Part shown: one piece after another, positions 16,886 to 26,610 of the stretch | Layout: each line of letters starts with the position of its first letter | Numbering within the stretch: the stretch's first letter is position 1 | NCBI GenBank assembly: GCA_964355025.1 | Contig: CAYHCW010000001.1 | Coordinates: 8,488 to 72,487, forward strand | Length of the DNA: 64,000 nucleotides | Direction of reading: 5' to 3' | From: an uncultured Gemmatimonas sp. | GTDB lineage: Bacteria; Gemmatimonadota; Gemmatimonadetes; Gemmatimonadales; Gemmatimonadaceae | The notes under the pieces: generated by a model | Databases searched by the model: none | What the model saw: only the letters and a program-made list of their open reading frames with translations | Told to the model about the DNA's origin: nothing | Position numbers and translations under genes: made by a program

Positions 16886-18868
16886 CTACGCGGCCACCTT
16901 CACGGCGGACGGGTTGAGCAGGATGAACTTGACCGGCAGCGACGGTCCGACCTCGTACTCGACGACGAACGTGTCGCCGTCCTCGACGACGTCGAGCGAC
17001 GCGGCGATGAAGGCCCGAATCATGCCCTCGTCGACCTGCCGCTCGAGTCGGGTCTTCGCCTGCGACTTGATCCAGGTGGACGTGCGCGCCGTCGTCCCGT
17101 CGCCGAGGATGGTCTTGAGGTGCGTCCGGAGGTCGCGAATCGAGGTGTTGAAGCTCTCGTTCGCGCTGATTTCGGTCTGCACCGGGTCACCCGGGTTCGT
17201 GCGGTAGGTCGTCAGGCCGTCTTCGATGCGGAGCCCGAGGTTGTCGTGCGCCGAGAAGAGGAGCCCGCGGTCGAGCAGCGTATCGGCGTCGTCATCGACG
17301 TCGATGGCCGTGTTGACGATGGTCCGGTTGAAGTTCGGGCGGCGGTGGATGAGCGACTGTGCGACGGGCATGCCCGAGTGCATCGCCGCGTAGGCGAGCG
17401 CGACGTAGGGCGGGTCGATGATGCGCGTCGTGCCCGCGTAGTCGTCGATTTCCGCTTGCTCGAAGGCGAGCGCGAGGTGCCGCGTGTTGAGCGCCGCCGA
17501 GCGCACGTCGAGCGCCGACAGAGCCTCTAGCTCCGTGCCGCCCACGAAGCCGCACGCCTCCGAGGAGCCGACGCCCGCCCGCCACTGAATGTGCGCGCGT
17601 AGGAGCTTGTGGCGGCTCGCTTCCTTGGCGAGGAGCACGAAGACCTGCGCGTCCTTGAACTTCATCGAGTCGAGCGCGGCGGTCCAGTCGGTGTCATCGT
17701 ACGTCTCGACGGCGCTGCCCTCGTTGCCGCCGGCGAGGAACGTCTGCGACCCGAGCACGGCCGGGGGCTTGCCCGCCCAGTTCGCGTGCTGCGTGGCGGT
17801 CACGATGCCGCTCTGGTTGAGCGCCGCGATGAACGCCGCCGTCTCGCCGATGAGGTTGAGCGTCACGCCCTTGATCGTGGTGGCCGACTTGATGTCGAGT
17901 TGGATGGCCGGGATGTTGGCCCACTTCGGCGAGAGCACTTCGGCCACGAAGCCCTGCGCCGCGAAGGCGTTGATGCGGTCGACGGCCGCCGAGAGCTTTG
18001 TGTACTGCGCCGACGCGAGGTCGATGTAGAACGCGAAGCCGCTGATGGCGAACGTCTGCCCGGCGTCGACCGTGAAGGTGATCGTCGTGATGGCCGACCA
18101 CGTCTTCGTCGAGGTCTTGCTCGCCACCGATGCGGCCCACGAGACGGTCTCGGTGTCCGCGAGGCCCGTCGCCTTGTTCGTGCCGACGATGACCGCGCTG
18201 CCGGTGACGAGCGCTGACGGCGTGAACTGGATGGCGCCATCGAAGGCCATCTTCGTCGGCGTGTAGACGCCGGCCGCGATGAGCGTCTTCGTGTAGGTGA
18301 TGGTCAGCGTCTTGCCGATGGGGTCGAGGGCGAGTTGCATCGTCGTCGCCTCGGTCTCGCCGTAGGTGAACGAGGCGATGTTGCCCGACTCGACGTCGAT
18401 GAAGTCCTCGGTCACGCCGTCACGGGAGGCCTGCGCGGTGAGCTGCGGCGGGTTGGTCGTGCCGGCGATGAGCTTGAAGAGCACCTTGTTGCCGGCCGCG
18501 CCCCAGAGCTTCGACTTGATGGTGATGGCGCTCACACCGTCGGCGTCCACGAGCACGAGCTGCGCCTGCGCGGTCGGCTTGGCGTTGACGAGGTAGACGG
18601 TGCCCGGTGCCTTCACGCGGTCGTCGTTCGCGGCGTTGCCGAGGAGGTGCGCAACGAGTTGGAGCTCGTCACTCGACGGGTAGACCTTACGCATCGCGCT
18701 CAGCGTCGCGTACTCGGCGGGCGTGGCCTTCTGGAGCCACGGAAACTCGCCGATGACGCACATGCGGTGGACGGTGATTTGCTGGCCGCCGAGCTTGGCG
18801 AAGCTGGGGTTCGCGTAGACGCCGGGCCGACCCGTCGTGACGCCTTGGACGTTGACTTTGGTGCCCAT
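16886..18868 (-). CDS. Tail sheath protein
   Basis: 660 aa. N-terminal GRPGVYANP resembles the conserved sheath PGVY motif. AAGGAG RBS. Followed by tube, chaperone and tape measure. Confidence 0.65.
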   Translation of the reverse strand: MGTKVNVQGVTTGRPGVYANPSFAKLGGQQITVHRMCVIGEFPWLQKATPAEYATLSAMRKVYPSSDELQLVAHLLGNAANDDRVKAPGTVYLVNAKPTAQAQLVLVDADGVSAITIKSKLWGAAGNKVLFKLIAGTTNPPQLTAQASRDGVTEDFIDVESGNIASFTYGETEATTMQLALDPIGKTLTITYTKTLIAAGVYTPTKMAFDGAIQFTPSALVTGSAVIVGTNKATGLADTETVSWAASVASKTSTKTWSAITTITFTVDAGQTFAISGFAFYIDLASAQYTKLSAAVDRINAFAAQGFVAEVLSPKWANIPAIQLDIKSATTIKGVTLNLIGETAAFIAALNQSGIVTATQHANWAGKPPAVLGSQTFLAGGNEGSAVETYDDTDWTAALDSMKFKDAQVFVLLAKEASRHKLLRAHIQWRAGVGSSEACGFVGGTELEALSALDVRSAALNTRHLALAFEQAEIDDYAGTTRIIDPPYVALAYAAMHSGMPVAQSLIHRRPNFNRTIVNTAIDVDDDADTLLDRGLLFSAHDNLGLRIEDGLTTYRTNPGDPVQTEISANESFNTSIRDLRTHLKTILGDGTTARTSTWIKSQAKTRLERQVDEGMIRAFIAASLDVVEDGDTFVVEYEVGPSLPVKFILLNPSAVKVAA

Positions 18869-19516
18869 CTACTCAACTCCTTCGTGCGTGACGCCGCCGA
18901 TGTGACCGTCGACCGTCGTGTCCCACGCGGACACGAGCAGCTTGCGCACGACGGGGCTGCCCGGAACGATACCGAGCGCCGAGGACGATGCGGTCCATCG
19001 CTGATCGCGTGCGTAGATGCCGGCTGGTAGCATTCTCTCCTCGGGCCTGACGTCGCCGCCGCCAGCGTAACCGAAATCGCTGTAGCCCGCATCTATGAAA
19101 TCAGCGATTTTCGAGAGGAGCGACCGATGGATGGCGACGTGGAGCGCGCGGACGAGCGCCTTGTTCGGGCCCATGACCGTCACGGTGCACGTCTCACGGA
19201 GCTCGATGACGGGCCGCTTCGTTCGGCTGGCAACTCCGTGATAGTCCTGGTCCACGGGCTCGTCGGCGAGCGTGGTGATGACCTGCGTCGACTCCGGAAA
19301 GTCGAGGTCCCACGCCGTCGTGAAGAGCACGTGCGTCGCGTCGCCGCTCGGCGCGAGCTGCCCGTGCCACGCGATGACGTCGGCCTCCGGCGCGAGATAG
19401 AGCGTCGGGTCCTGCGTATGCTGGAAGAGTGACTTGAATCCGGCCACGTCGCCGGCGAGGTCCGCCCACGTCGTCGCGGCCGAGACAAGCACGTGCTGGT
19501 CGAGGAGCCCCGCCAC
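18869..19516 (-). CDS. Neck/tail-completion protein (hypothetical)
   Basis: GTG 19516 lies just after the upstream stop (19518). The upstream 70 codons of ORF 18869..19735 are Arg/Ser/Pro-rich junk that overlaps the preceding gene. Confidence 0.4.
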   Translation of the reverse strand: MAGLLDQHVLVSAATTWADLAGDVAGFKSLFQHTQDPTLYLAPEADVIAWHGQLAPSGDATHVLFTTAWDLDFPESTQVITTLADEPVDQDYHGVASRTKRPVIELRETCTVTVMGPNKALVRALHVAIHRSLLSKIADFIDAGYSDFGYAGGGDVRPEERMLPAGIYARDQRWTASSSALGIVPGSPVVRKLLVSAWDTTVDGHIGGVTHEGVE

Positions 19517-19517
19517 G

Positions 19518-20312
19518 TCAGAGCCCGAGCACGCGGCCGAGGATGGTTGGCAGCCGTGCGACGACGGCGTCTGCGAGGCGTCGCGCCCGCTGGCCCGGTG
19601 ACCACCACGGCTTGCCGTTCTCGGAGATGGTCCGGAAGGTGCGGTACTCGCTCTGCGGCGACGTGGAGCCCTGGTACTGCGTCTGCACGCGCACAAGGCC
19701 GTGGAGCGGGTCCGTGGCGTGCGCGTGGAGCGCACCTGGAACGCGCATCGCGCCGCGGTGCGGGTCGAAGAGCGTTGCCCCCGACGGCGTGCCCGTGGGC
19801 CGAAGGTTCGGCGCGAGGCCTGCGCCGAGACGGGCGCCCCACGACGTGCTGCGACCGTTCGGGCCCATGGTCGTTGTCGTCGGCGCGAGTTGCCGCGCGG
19901 CGTTCAGAGCTGCGCTGCCGCCGAGCGCCTTGATGGCGGCCGCGCTGTGCGAGAACGGCACGGACAGGTAGCGGTTGCCCGCCTTGGAGACGCGCACATG
20001 GCGCGTCGTGTCGCGGAGGAGGAAGACGCGGAGGTCGTAGACGCCTTCGGTGCCGATACCCCCGGGGCCCATGCCCTGCTCGAACATGTTGGGCAGCATG
20101 CCCTCGATCTGCACGCGCTGCGTGGCCTCGTTGGGCCCGGCCACGACCTTGACGGCCCGCTGGTAGGCCGCGATGTTCTTGCCGCTCACGCCGAGTCGCG
20201 CTCGCGCCTCCATGCGCCAATCGTTCGCGACCGCGCTGGCGACGCCCATGAGGCGGCGGCGCGCGTCGTTGATGATGTGCGGCACGATGCCGGCGATGGA
20301 GATGCGCGCCAC
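19518..20312 (-). CDS. Head-tail connector region protein (hypothetical)
   Basis: 264 aa with a GTG start next to the upstream stop. Assigned by position between the head and sheath genes. Confidence 0.4.
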   Translation of the reverse strand: MARISIAGIVPHIINDARRRLMGVASAVANDWRMEARARLGVSGKNIAAYQRAVKVVAGPNEATQRVQIEGMLPNMFEQGMGPGGIGTEGVYDLRVFLLRDTTRHVRVSKAGNRYLSVPFSHSAAAIKALGGSAALNAARQLAPTTTTMGPNGRSTSWGARLGAGLAPNLRPTGTPSGATLFDPHRGAMRVPGALHAHATDPLHGLVRVQTQYQGSTSPQSEYRTFRTISENGKPWWSPGQRARRLADAVVARLPTILGRVLGL

Positions 20313-20313
20313 G

Positions 20314-21135
20314 TCAGTCCCCCAGCCATTCGAGCCAACAGTCTACCGAAACGGGCAGCGAGATTTGGTAGGGCGCCGGGGCCTTCTTGGCAATCATCGT
20401 GTCGCGCACCGGGTGCGGCAGGCTCTTGATGAGGTACACCGGGTTGGCGTAGTAGCTGATGCCGTAGCGAGCGCCGACGACGGGCGCTTTGCCGTTGGCG
20501 ATGCCCTTCGTCCAATCGATGTTGCCGCTGACGACGTCGAAGTCGGTGCCCTCAGCGAGCTCGCCGGAGATGAAGACGCCGTTAAGGTCGGCGCGAACGC
20601 AGCGGAGCACGCCGAAGGTCTGCGTGACCGGCGTCTTGGCACTCCCAGGCGGCGCCGTGCCCGTCACGACGGGTCGCACGAAGACGGGGTAGCGCAGCTC
20701 GTCGACGGTGGCCTTGCGCGTCCGCACGTCGTGGAAGACCATGCCCGAGCCGGTCATCGTGTAGCGGTCGAGGTAGCCCGGCGAGTCCTCGGGCAGGATG
20801 GTGATGGACACGTAGCCCGCGCCGAGGATGCCGGCCGGGCTGAATCGGTCGGGCGACTTCACGGCGCGTTGGACGATGCCCCGGATGGGCTGGCCTGCGG
20901 AGTAGTTGAGCCCGGTCCCCTTGCACCCAGGGCAGTCCGCGCGCTTCTCGCGCGTCTTGAGCTGCAACGGCGCCCCGGGCACGGGCAACGTCGCCAGCGC
21001 GCCGCACGGGCAGGGCGTCCACGTTTGCCAGGTGAGCGGCAAGGCCTTGGCGAAGAACGCCTTGCGAATCTCCGTCTCGTAGATGTCGCCGCGCGGGTTG
21101 AGCTTCGGCGGTTCGAGCGGGGTGAGCGTCCTCAT
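20314..21135 (-). CDS. Head-tail region protein with one CxxCxGxG zinc knuckle
   Basis: ATG 21135 (ATGA overlap). Contains CPCG..CPGCKGTG. Confidence 0.4.
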   Translation of the reverse strand: MRTLTPLEPPKLNPRGDIYETEIRKAFFAKALPLTWQTWTPCPCGALATLPVPGAPLQLKTREKRADCPGCKGTGLNYSAGQPIRGIVQRAVKSPDRFSPAGILGAGYVSITILPEDSPGYLDRYTMTGSGMVFHDVRTRKATVDELRYPVFVRPVVTGTAPPGSAKTPVTQTFGVLRCVRADLNGVFISGELAEGTDFDVVSGNIDWTKGIANGKAPVVGARYGISYYANPVYLIKSLPHPVRDTMIAKKAPAPYQISLPVSVDCWLEWLGD

Positions 21136-22163
21136 ACGGCGAAGAACTCCACGGCTCGCCACTTGCGCCGGAGGCCGTCCAAGAGGTCGCTGAGCTGCTT
21201 CTGGTAGCTGATGATGCGAGCGCCATAGCCCGCGTTGGTCGCGCTCGAGGTCGTGCCGATGCTCGTGCTCAGCCCGTCGATGCCCGTTGAGACGCTGGCG
21301 ATGCCCGCGCCAGCGATGAGGTCACCGGCCGTGTCGAGCGCGAGCAGCGCGGCCGTGAGAGAGACGGCCTTCAGTGCCGTCGCCGGCAGCGGGTAGGTCG
21401 GGATGGCCTCAACGTAGAACTCGGGCGTTCCCGCCGTCGCTACGCACGTGAGCGTGTCGACCGTGTCGAAGTCGATGGCGCCCGTCTTCGTGCTGGCATC
21501 GCCGGCGAGCCACGTGAGGACCTCGCTGGCTGCAAGGCCCGCCTTGGAGGTGCCAGCGATGGTGACCGTGAACTGCTGGCCCGCTGCGGGGGCGACGGAC
21601 GGCCGAATCTTCTGCTTCCCGACGAGGGGCGGCGATTGGTCGACGCCGAGATCGGCCACGCGGACGATGTTCGCGACGCCGTCGAAGCCTGCCTTGTAGT
21701 CGTAGACGTACCACCCGGGCGTGTATCCGAGGCCACCCATTGGGCTCAGGTAGGGTATCGCCATGGAGACGGACGTGAACGACTGCGGGCCCGGAAGGAT
21801 TTGCACTTGCCCCGCCACGTCGTTGGTCACGACGGCCCATTCCTTCGGCACGTCCGTCGCGGGGAAGCTCCCCGCCTGGAGTTGCAGCCGCGTGACCTCG
21901 CGGACCGGGCGATTGTGGAGCTGCTTGAGGTGGAACGTCTCGGGGTCCCAATCGACCCGGTCGTGCCGCTCGTTCTCGAACTTGACGAGCCCAGAGAGAA
22001 CGACATTGAGCTCGGCCTCGATGGTTTCGATGGCCGCGTCGATGGCGGCCTCGAAGAGCGAGTCCGGGTACGGCTGGCCGTTGTCGATGGTGAGGTCGAT
22101 ACCCTGAAGGTACTGCGCCTTGAGGTAGGCGACGGTGAGCGTGTCGCGGATGCCCCGTCCCAT
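21132..22163 (-). CDS. Head-tail region protein (hypothetical)
   Basis: 343 aa. ATG with a GGGAGA RBS. Balanced amino-acid composition. Confidence 0.4.
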   Translation of the reverse strand: MGRGIRDTLTVAYLKAQYLQGIDLTIDNGQPYPDSLFEAAIDAAIETIEAELNVVLSGLVKFENERHDRVDWDPETFHLKQLHNRPVREVTRLQLQAGSFPATDVPKEWAVVTNDVAGQVQILPGPQSFTSVSMAIPYLSPMGGLGYTPGWYVYDYKAGFDGVANIVRVADLGVDQSPPLVGKQKIRPSVAPAAGQQFTVTIAGTSKAGLAASEVLTWLAGDASTKTGAIDFDTVDTLTCVATAGTPEFYVEAIPTYPLPATALKAVSLTAALLALDTAGDLIAGAGIASVSTGIDGLSTSIGTTSSATNAGYGARIISYQKQLSDLLDGLRRKWRAVEFFAV

Positions 22164-22246
22164 GGGCTATCTCCCGGTCGCGGCGCACCCCTGCGACGGC
22201 GCCGGGGTGGCGCGCAAGAGAGCGACGGACCGAGAGGTGCGCGGCA

Positions 22247-24685
22247 TTACGTCGGCAGCGTCTCGTAGTAGAGGTTGATGGTGATGTCGCCAGCCGTCGG
22301 CGCGGCGCCGTCGTACTCGATGTTGATGTTCGGCGTCTCCGCGGCGACCCAGCCGAGAAGCGTGCCGTTGCTCCCGCGAAGCGTCGTGCCGTTGCCGTAG
22401 CCTTGAGCGCTCTCGACGTTCATCTGGCCCATGATCGTGGAGATTGCGGGATTGCCCACGCCACCGTCGCCGCCGACGCTGATTTTGATGTAGCTGCCGC
22501 CTCCGCCGACCGTACCCTTGGTGGTCACGAGGAGCGTCGCGAACTTGGGCACGGCGTTCGCCGGCAGCGCGGCGTCGAAGGCCACGTTGACGGGCGAGGC
22601 GCCCAGGCCGGCGAGCGAGGTCTGCTTCGTGACCTTCTGCACGCGGTTCGTCTGGAGGGCGTCGTGGTTCAGCTTGTCCGTGCCGGTCATGAGGCCAGCG
22701 GCGCCTCCGGACACGGCGTTGGCGATGGCATCGGCGGCGCCGCCGATGTGACTCGCCGCGTGCGCGGCGGGCGTCGGCGTCGCGTTGCCGGCCATGGCCT
22801 GCTGAGCGCCGCCGCCGATGGTGCGCATCGAGGCGGTGCCCGCGAGGCCGTCCTTGTTCGCGGCGGCGACCTGCGTGTCCGTGATGGTCGCGTTGGCGAT
22901 CTTGGCCGCCGTGACCGCCTGGTCGTCGAGCTCGGCCGTGCCGACCGACTTGGGACCGAGCGCCGCCGCCGCCTGACCCGCGACGAACGGCGTCCCGAGG
23001 CCCGCCGCGACCGGCAGGTTCGAGAGGGTGAACACCTCCGGGATGGCGATGGTCGCGTTCGTGACGGCGATGTCCGGCGTGAACGACACCTCGAGGCCAT
23101 CGGCCTCGCGCCGGTAGTAGAACCAGAGGCGCCACTTCGCGTCCACGCCGAGGTCCGCGCGGTAGCTGAGGTAGCCGTAGATCTTGGCGTCGCGGTCGGC
23201 GGGGATGGCCGTCGACAGCATGTCGATGAGCTCGATCTGGTCGCCCTGCGCGTCGGCGAGTTCCACGACGATGCCGCGCTGCCCCGGGAAGTCCGCGACG
23301 GGGTAGGGCCGGTCGGCCGCTGCCGCCCCGCTGAGTCCCGCTTGGCCCGCGCCGGTCAGCGTCTCGTCGTTCACGTTCCCGAAGCTGGCGGCGACCGTGC
23401 CGACCGTGCCGTTGCCGTTGATCGCACCGCCCGCCGTCTTGCCCGCCATGGTGGCGTCCGCGAGGGAGAGGGGCTGCGCCGTCCCGAGCGCCTGCGCCGT
23501 GGTGACGACGACACGCGCCGAGCCCTTCTTGGCGATCGTCGGGTTCGGGTAGCTCCCGCCGAGGTCACCGCTCGCCGCGCCGTTGGGCGCGCGCGAGTTC
23601 GTGTTGCGCGCGTCCGCGTCGGTGACGTAGCGGTTGCCGTTCGCCGGCGCCCCGCTCGTGCCCTGGAGCGCGTCGTTCTCGTCCTGCGTCGGCAGCCGCG
23701 GCGTCGTGGCCAGCTTGAGCGCGGTGACGATGCGCAGGTCGTCCGTGCCCGTGTCCGTCTCGACCTGCGTGGCGAGTTCGGCGGCGCCGACGACCGTCTC
23801 GGACGCGGCGACCATCATGGTCGTGTCGACGAGTCCGGAGGCGTTGAGCTTGACGAGCTTGCCCGAGTCCCCAGCGCCGGCCGACGTCGACTTGGCGTCT
23901 TCGAGCACGTGGCCCGCGGCCTTGCCGCTCGCGTCGAGGAGGAAGGGCTTGCCGCTGTTGCCCGCGCCGCCGTTCGTCGCATTCACGCCGCCGTGTGCGT
24001 GCACGTGGTCGGAGCGCGCGGCGTCCAGGCCCACGCCGACGGCGCCAGCTGCGGCGACGGCGGCCGGCGTGACCGCCGAGAGGCCGGGCGCGGACATCGT
24101 CCACGAGGTCCCCGGCGAGTCGTAGATGAAGCTCTTGTTCTCGTTGACCGAGCCCTCGCCCTTGACAACGCGGGCATCGCCGTCGGCGGGCGTCGCGAGC
24201 GCGGGGGTGAGCGAGGTGCCGTCGAAGGTCGCGACCTTGCCCTTGTCGGTGCCGGTGACGAGCGGGCCGTAGAGCGTGCCCGGCGCCTGAATGACGAGCA
24301 CCGTGGCGGCCGGGGGCTTGTTCGCCACGTGGCCGACGATCTTCTTCCACGCGCCCGCCGCATTCTGCTCGGCGATGTCGCCGATGACGAGCGCGTCCGA
24401 GCCGACCGTGGCCGGCGTGCCCGCGTCACCCGCGACGATGACCTGGCCCGTCACGGGTGCGATGGGCGCGTCGAGCTGTGCGATGGTGCGCGTGCCGATG
24501 TAGCCGATAGCCGCCGCGGGCAGGGCAGCGGTCGACGTGCCTTCGAGCGTAACGATGCGCGTCTCGTGGTCGTCGCGCGTGCCCTCGATGTCGCGGATGC
24601 GCGTGCCGAGCTTCGTGGTGCGTGCGAGGGAGCTGGACCCGTCGACACGGGCGGCTTCGGTCGTCGTGAGCTTCGTGAGAGCCAT
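22247..24685 (-). CDS. Fibre-like protein encoded within the head module
   Basis: 812 aa with fibre-type motifs: VVGAAELATQVETDTGTDDLRIVTALKL, GNSGKPFLLDASGK / GDSGKLVKLNASGL, SDHVHAHGG, AAHAASHIGGAADAI. Confidence 0.5.
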   Translation of the reverse strand: MALTKLTTTEAARVDGSSSLARTTKLGTRIRDIEGTRDDHETRIVTLEGTSTAALPAAAIGYIGTRTIAQLDAPIAPVTGQVIVAGDAGTPATVGSDALVIGDIAEQNAAGAWKKIVGHVANKPPAATVLVIQAPGTLYGPLVTGTDKGKVATFDGTSLTPALATPADGDARVVKGEGSVNENKSFIYDSPGTSWTMSAPGLSAVTPAAVAAAGAVGVGLDAARSDHVHAHGGVNATNGGAGNSGKPFLLDASGKAAGHVLEDAKSTSAGAGDSGKLVKLNASGLVDTTMMVAASETVVGAAELATQVETDTGTDDLRIVTALKLATTPRLPTQDENDALQGTSGAPANGNRYVTDADARNTNSRAPNGAASGDLGGSYPNPTIAKKGSARVVVTTAQALGTAQPLSLADATMAGKTAGGAINGNGTVGTVAASFGNVNDETLTGAGQAGLSGAAAADRPYPVADFPGQRGIVVELADAQGDQIELIDMLSTAIPADRDAKIYGYLSYRADLGVDAKWRLWFYYRREADGLEVSFTPDIAVTNATIAIPEVFTLSNLPVAAGLGTPFVAGQAAAALGPKSVGTAELDDQAVTAAKIANATITDTQVAAANKDGLAGTASMRTIGGGAQQAMAGNATPTPAAHAASHIGGAADAIANAVSGGAAGLMTGTDKLNHDALQTNRVQKVTKQTSLAGLGASPVNVAFDAALPANAVPKFATLLVTTKGTVGGGGSYIKISVGGDGGVGNPAISTIMGQMNVESAQGYGNGTTLRGSNGTLLGWVAAETPNINIEYDGAAPTAGDITINLYYETLPT

Positions 24686-24688
24686 GGT

Positions 24689-24997
24689 CTACGCTCCTGC
24701 CTTCTTCTTACGTGGCGTCGCCGCCTTCGGTTTCGGTTCGGGGGTCGGCTCGGGAGCCGACCATGCCGGGGTCCATGGCGGAGCGGGCGGCTCCGTATCG
24801 GTCTGCGGCGCGACGTCGTCTTGCGGCGCGGGCGGTGGCGCCGGGTCCGCCACGGCGATGCGCACGTAGTTCGGGTGCCCTTCAATGCGTGCGGCGTCGG
24901 GCTGCGGCGAGAGGATGCCATCGGCACCGATGCGACATTCCGTCGCACCGATGACCGTGCTTCCTTCCCGCCGCGTCCTATGCGCCCACACGATCAC
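24689..24997 (-). CDS. Small protein with Pro-rich C-terminus (possible head decoration/accessory)
   Basis: 102 aa. GTG start with an AGGAGG RBS. Immediately downstream of the capsid gene. Confidence 0.35.
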   Translation of the reverse strand: MIVWAHRTRREGSTVIGATECRIGADGILSPQPDAARIEGHPNYVRIAVADPAPPPAPQDDVAPQTDTEPPAPPWTPAWSAPEPTPEPKPKAATPRKKKAGA

Positions 24998-25010
24998 GAA
25001 GATGCGCCTC

Positions 25011-26576
25011 CTACAGCGACAGCGCGCAGTTGTCGAGGAGGAACTGCTTGGTCGGCGCCTTGACGCGCGGCGACCCGAACTTGAGGAGGAGGAACGGCAG
25101 CGTCGTGTCGACGGCCGGGAGCGGCCGACGGTACACGGGCAGGAGGTCCGCCCAGTACATGTACTGCGGCTCCATCGCCATCAGGTAGATGGGCGCCGTG
25201 CTCGGGAGGTGGAGGTTGGCGTCGATGATGCGGGTCGTGCCGCCGGCGCCCGAGGCGTTAACCGGGTACTCCCACACGAACTTCGACGTGCCGACCGCGC
25301 CGCCCTTGGTCGAGCGCTCGAGGATGTAGCTCTTGACCTTGGTCTTGCCGGCGCCGTGGCCCGGGGTGACCGTGTCGGGGAGGTCGAAGGTGGCCACGTC
25401 GCCGGCCGCGATGGTGATGGTCGCCGCGTTGGTCGGGACCTGGAGCGGCGCCGAGATGCCGTACTCGCCGATGGCGATGATGCGGTAGATGTACTCGCCC
25501 GCGTCGGCCTCGACGAACTTGCTGGCCGCGTTCGCGCCGACGGTGATCTGACCGCCACCGGCCGTGACGGTGAACGCCGAGATGACCGGGGGCGCCTCGC
25601 CGAGGTTGGTCGTGTGCGACGCGCGGTCCTGCTCGCCCGTCATGAGCGGCGCGGCTTCGATCATGACCTGCCCACCGGGGCCGGTGACCCAGATTTCCTT
25701 GGCGCCGAACGAGAAGCGCTCGATGACGCGGGGCGAGTTCGCGTCCACGTTGTGGCGCACGCTGTCCTGGCCGAGTTGTTCGAGCACGCCGTAGACGCGC
25801 GGGTGCACGACGCACTTGCCCGGGTAGGTGAACGTCGGGCCGCCCGCGAGGTTGGCGAGGATCTGGACGAGCTCGGGGCCCGTCACGGTGCCGCCGCGCT
25901 TGTCGAGGTAGTTGTTGTCCGACGCGCCGATGGTGGGCAGACCGGCCGTGAAGCCGTGCTTGGCGATCTGCTTGTACATGCCGTCGAACGAGAGGTCGTC
26001 GTTCGCGCTGTCCGAGAGCCACAGGTTCCGCTCGTGGCGCACCATGAGCGCCTGCATGCCGAGGTACTCCTCGTTCGCGAGCGCGTTCTTGTCGACCATG
26101 GGCGCGTTGTAGCCGAGCATGTTGACGAACGTGGCGAGGTCGGTGACCTGGCGGCGCTCGGCCTGCATCTTGATCTGCACGATGCCGCGGCTGTGCTGCG
26201 ACTGATTGAGCGTCCCGCCGCCGCCTTCGCCGATGAACCCCTTGAGGTACGGGATGCCGATGGAGTCGGTCGTCACGTCCTCGAAGAGCGTCGAATGGAC
26301 GTCGACCTTCGTGAGCTTGCCTTCGAGCCAGAGCTGCTTCATGGTCGCGCCGAGCACGGTCATGGTGTTGCTCATGGACTGCGGCACCATGGGGGCCATC
26401 TCACCGGAGGCGCCCGTGAAGGCCACGCCCTGTTGGATGGTGCCGATGGTCGCCTTCGCGATGGCGTCCTGCTGCGCGTGCAGGGCCTTGTTGAGCTCCC
26501 GGAGGCGGCCGACCTCGATGTGGCCGCCGCTCTGAAGCTGACCCAGCGTGGCGATGGTCTGCGCGATTGAAATCAT
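25011..26576 (-). CDS. Major capsid protein
   Basis: 521 aa directly after protease and scaffold. Strong AAGGAG RBS. Composition is typical of capsid proteins. The call rests on position and size, not on a named motif. Confidence 0.65.
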   Translation of the reverse strand: MISIAQTIATLGQLQSGGHIEVGRLRELNKALHAQQDAIAKATIGTIQQGVAFTGASGEMAPMVPQSMSNTMTVLGATMKQLWLEGKLTKVDVHSTLFEDVTTDSIGIPYLKGFIGEGGGGTLNQSQHSRGIVQIKMQAERRQVTDLATFVNMLGYNAPMVDKNALANEEYLGMQALMVRHERNLWLSDSANDDLSFDGMYKQIAKHGFTAGLPTIGASDNNYLDKRGGTVTGPELVQILANLAGGPTFTYPGKCVVHPRVYGVLEQLGQDSVRHNVDANSPRVIERFSFGAKEIWVTGPGGQVMIEAAPLMTGEQDRASHTTNLGEAPPVISAFTVTAGGGQITVGANAASKFVEADAGEYIYRIIAIGEYGISAPLQVPTNAATITIAAGDVATFDLPDTVTPGHGAGKTKVKSYILERSTKGGAVGTSKFVWEYPVNASGAGGTTRIIDANLHLPSTAPIYLMAMEPQYMYWADLLPVYRRPLPAVDTTLPFLLLKFGSPRVKAPTKQFLLDNCALSL

Positions 26577-26610
26577 GGTCGTCGTCTCCTTGGTCCTTCG
26601 TGTCGTCGGC

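Noticed and set aside
22183-22213. Hairpin GCGCACCCC..GGGGTGGCGC after the fibre-like gene, considered as a terminator.
   Set aside because: The stem has a bulge and no U-tract follows on the minus strand. The next gene's RBS follows immediately. It may be an RNA stability element, but there is not enough evidence for a terminator call.
22403-25063. 886-aa plus-strand ORF.
   Set aside because: It is antisense to the fibre-like gene. Its composition is Arg/Gly/Asp-rich junk (RRRR, GGGR runs). The minus-strand product carries recognisable fibre motifs.
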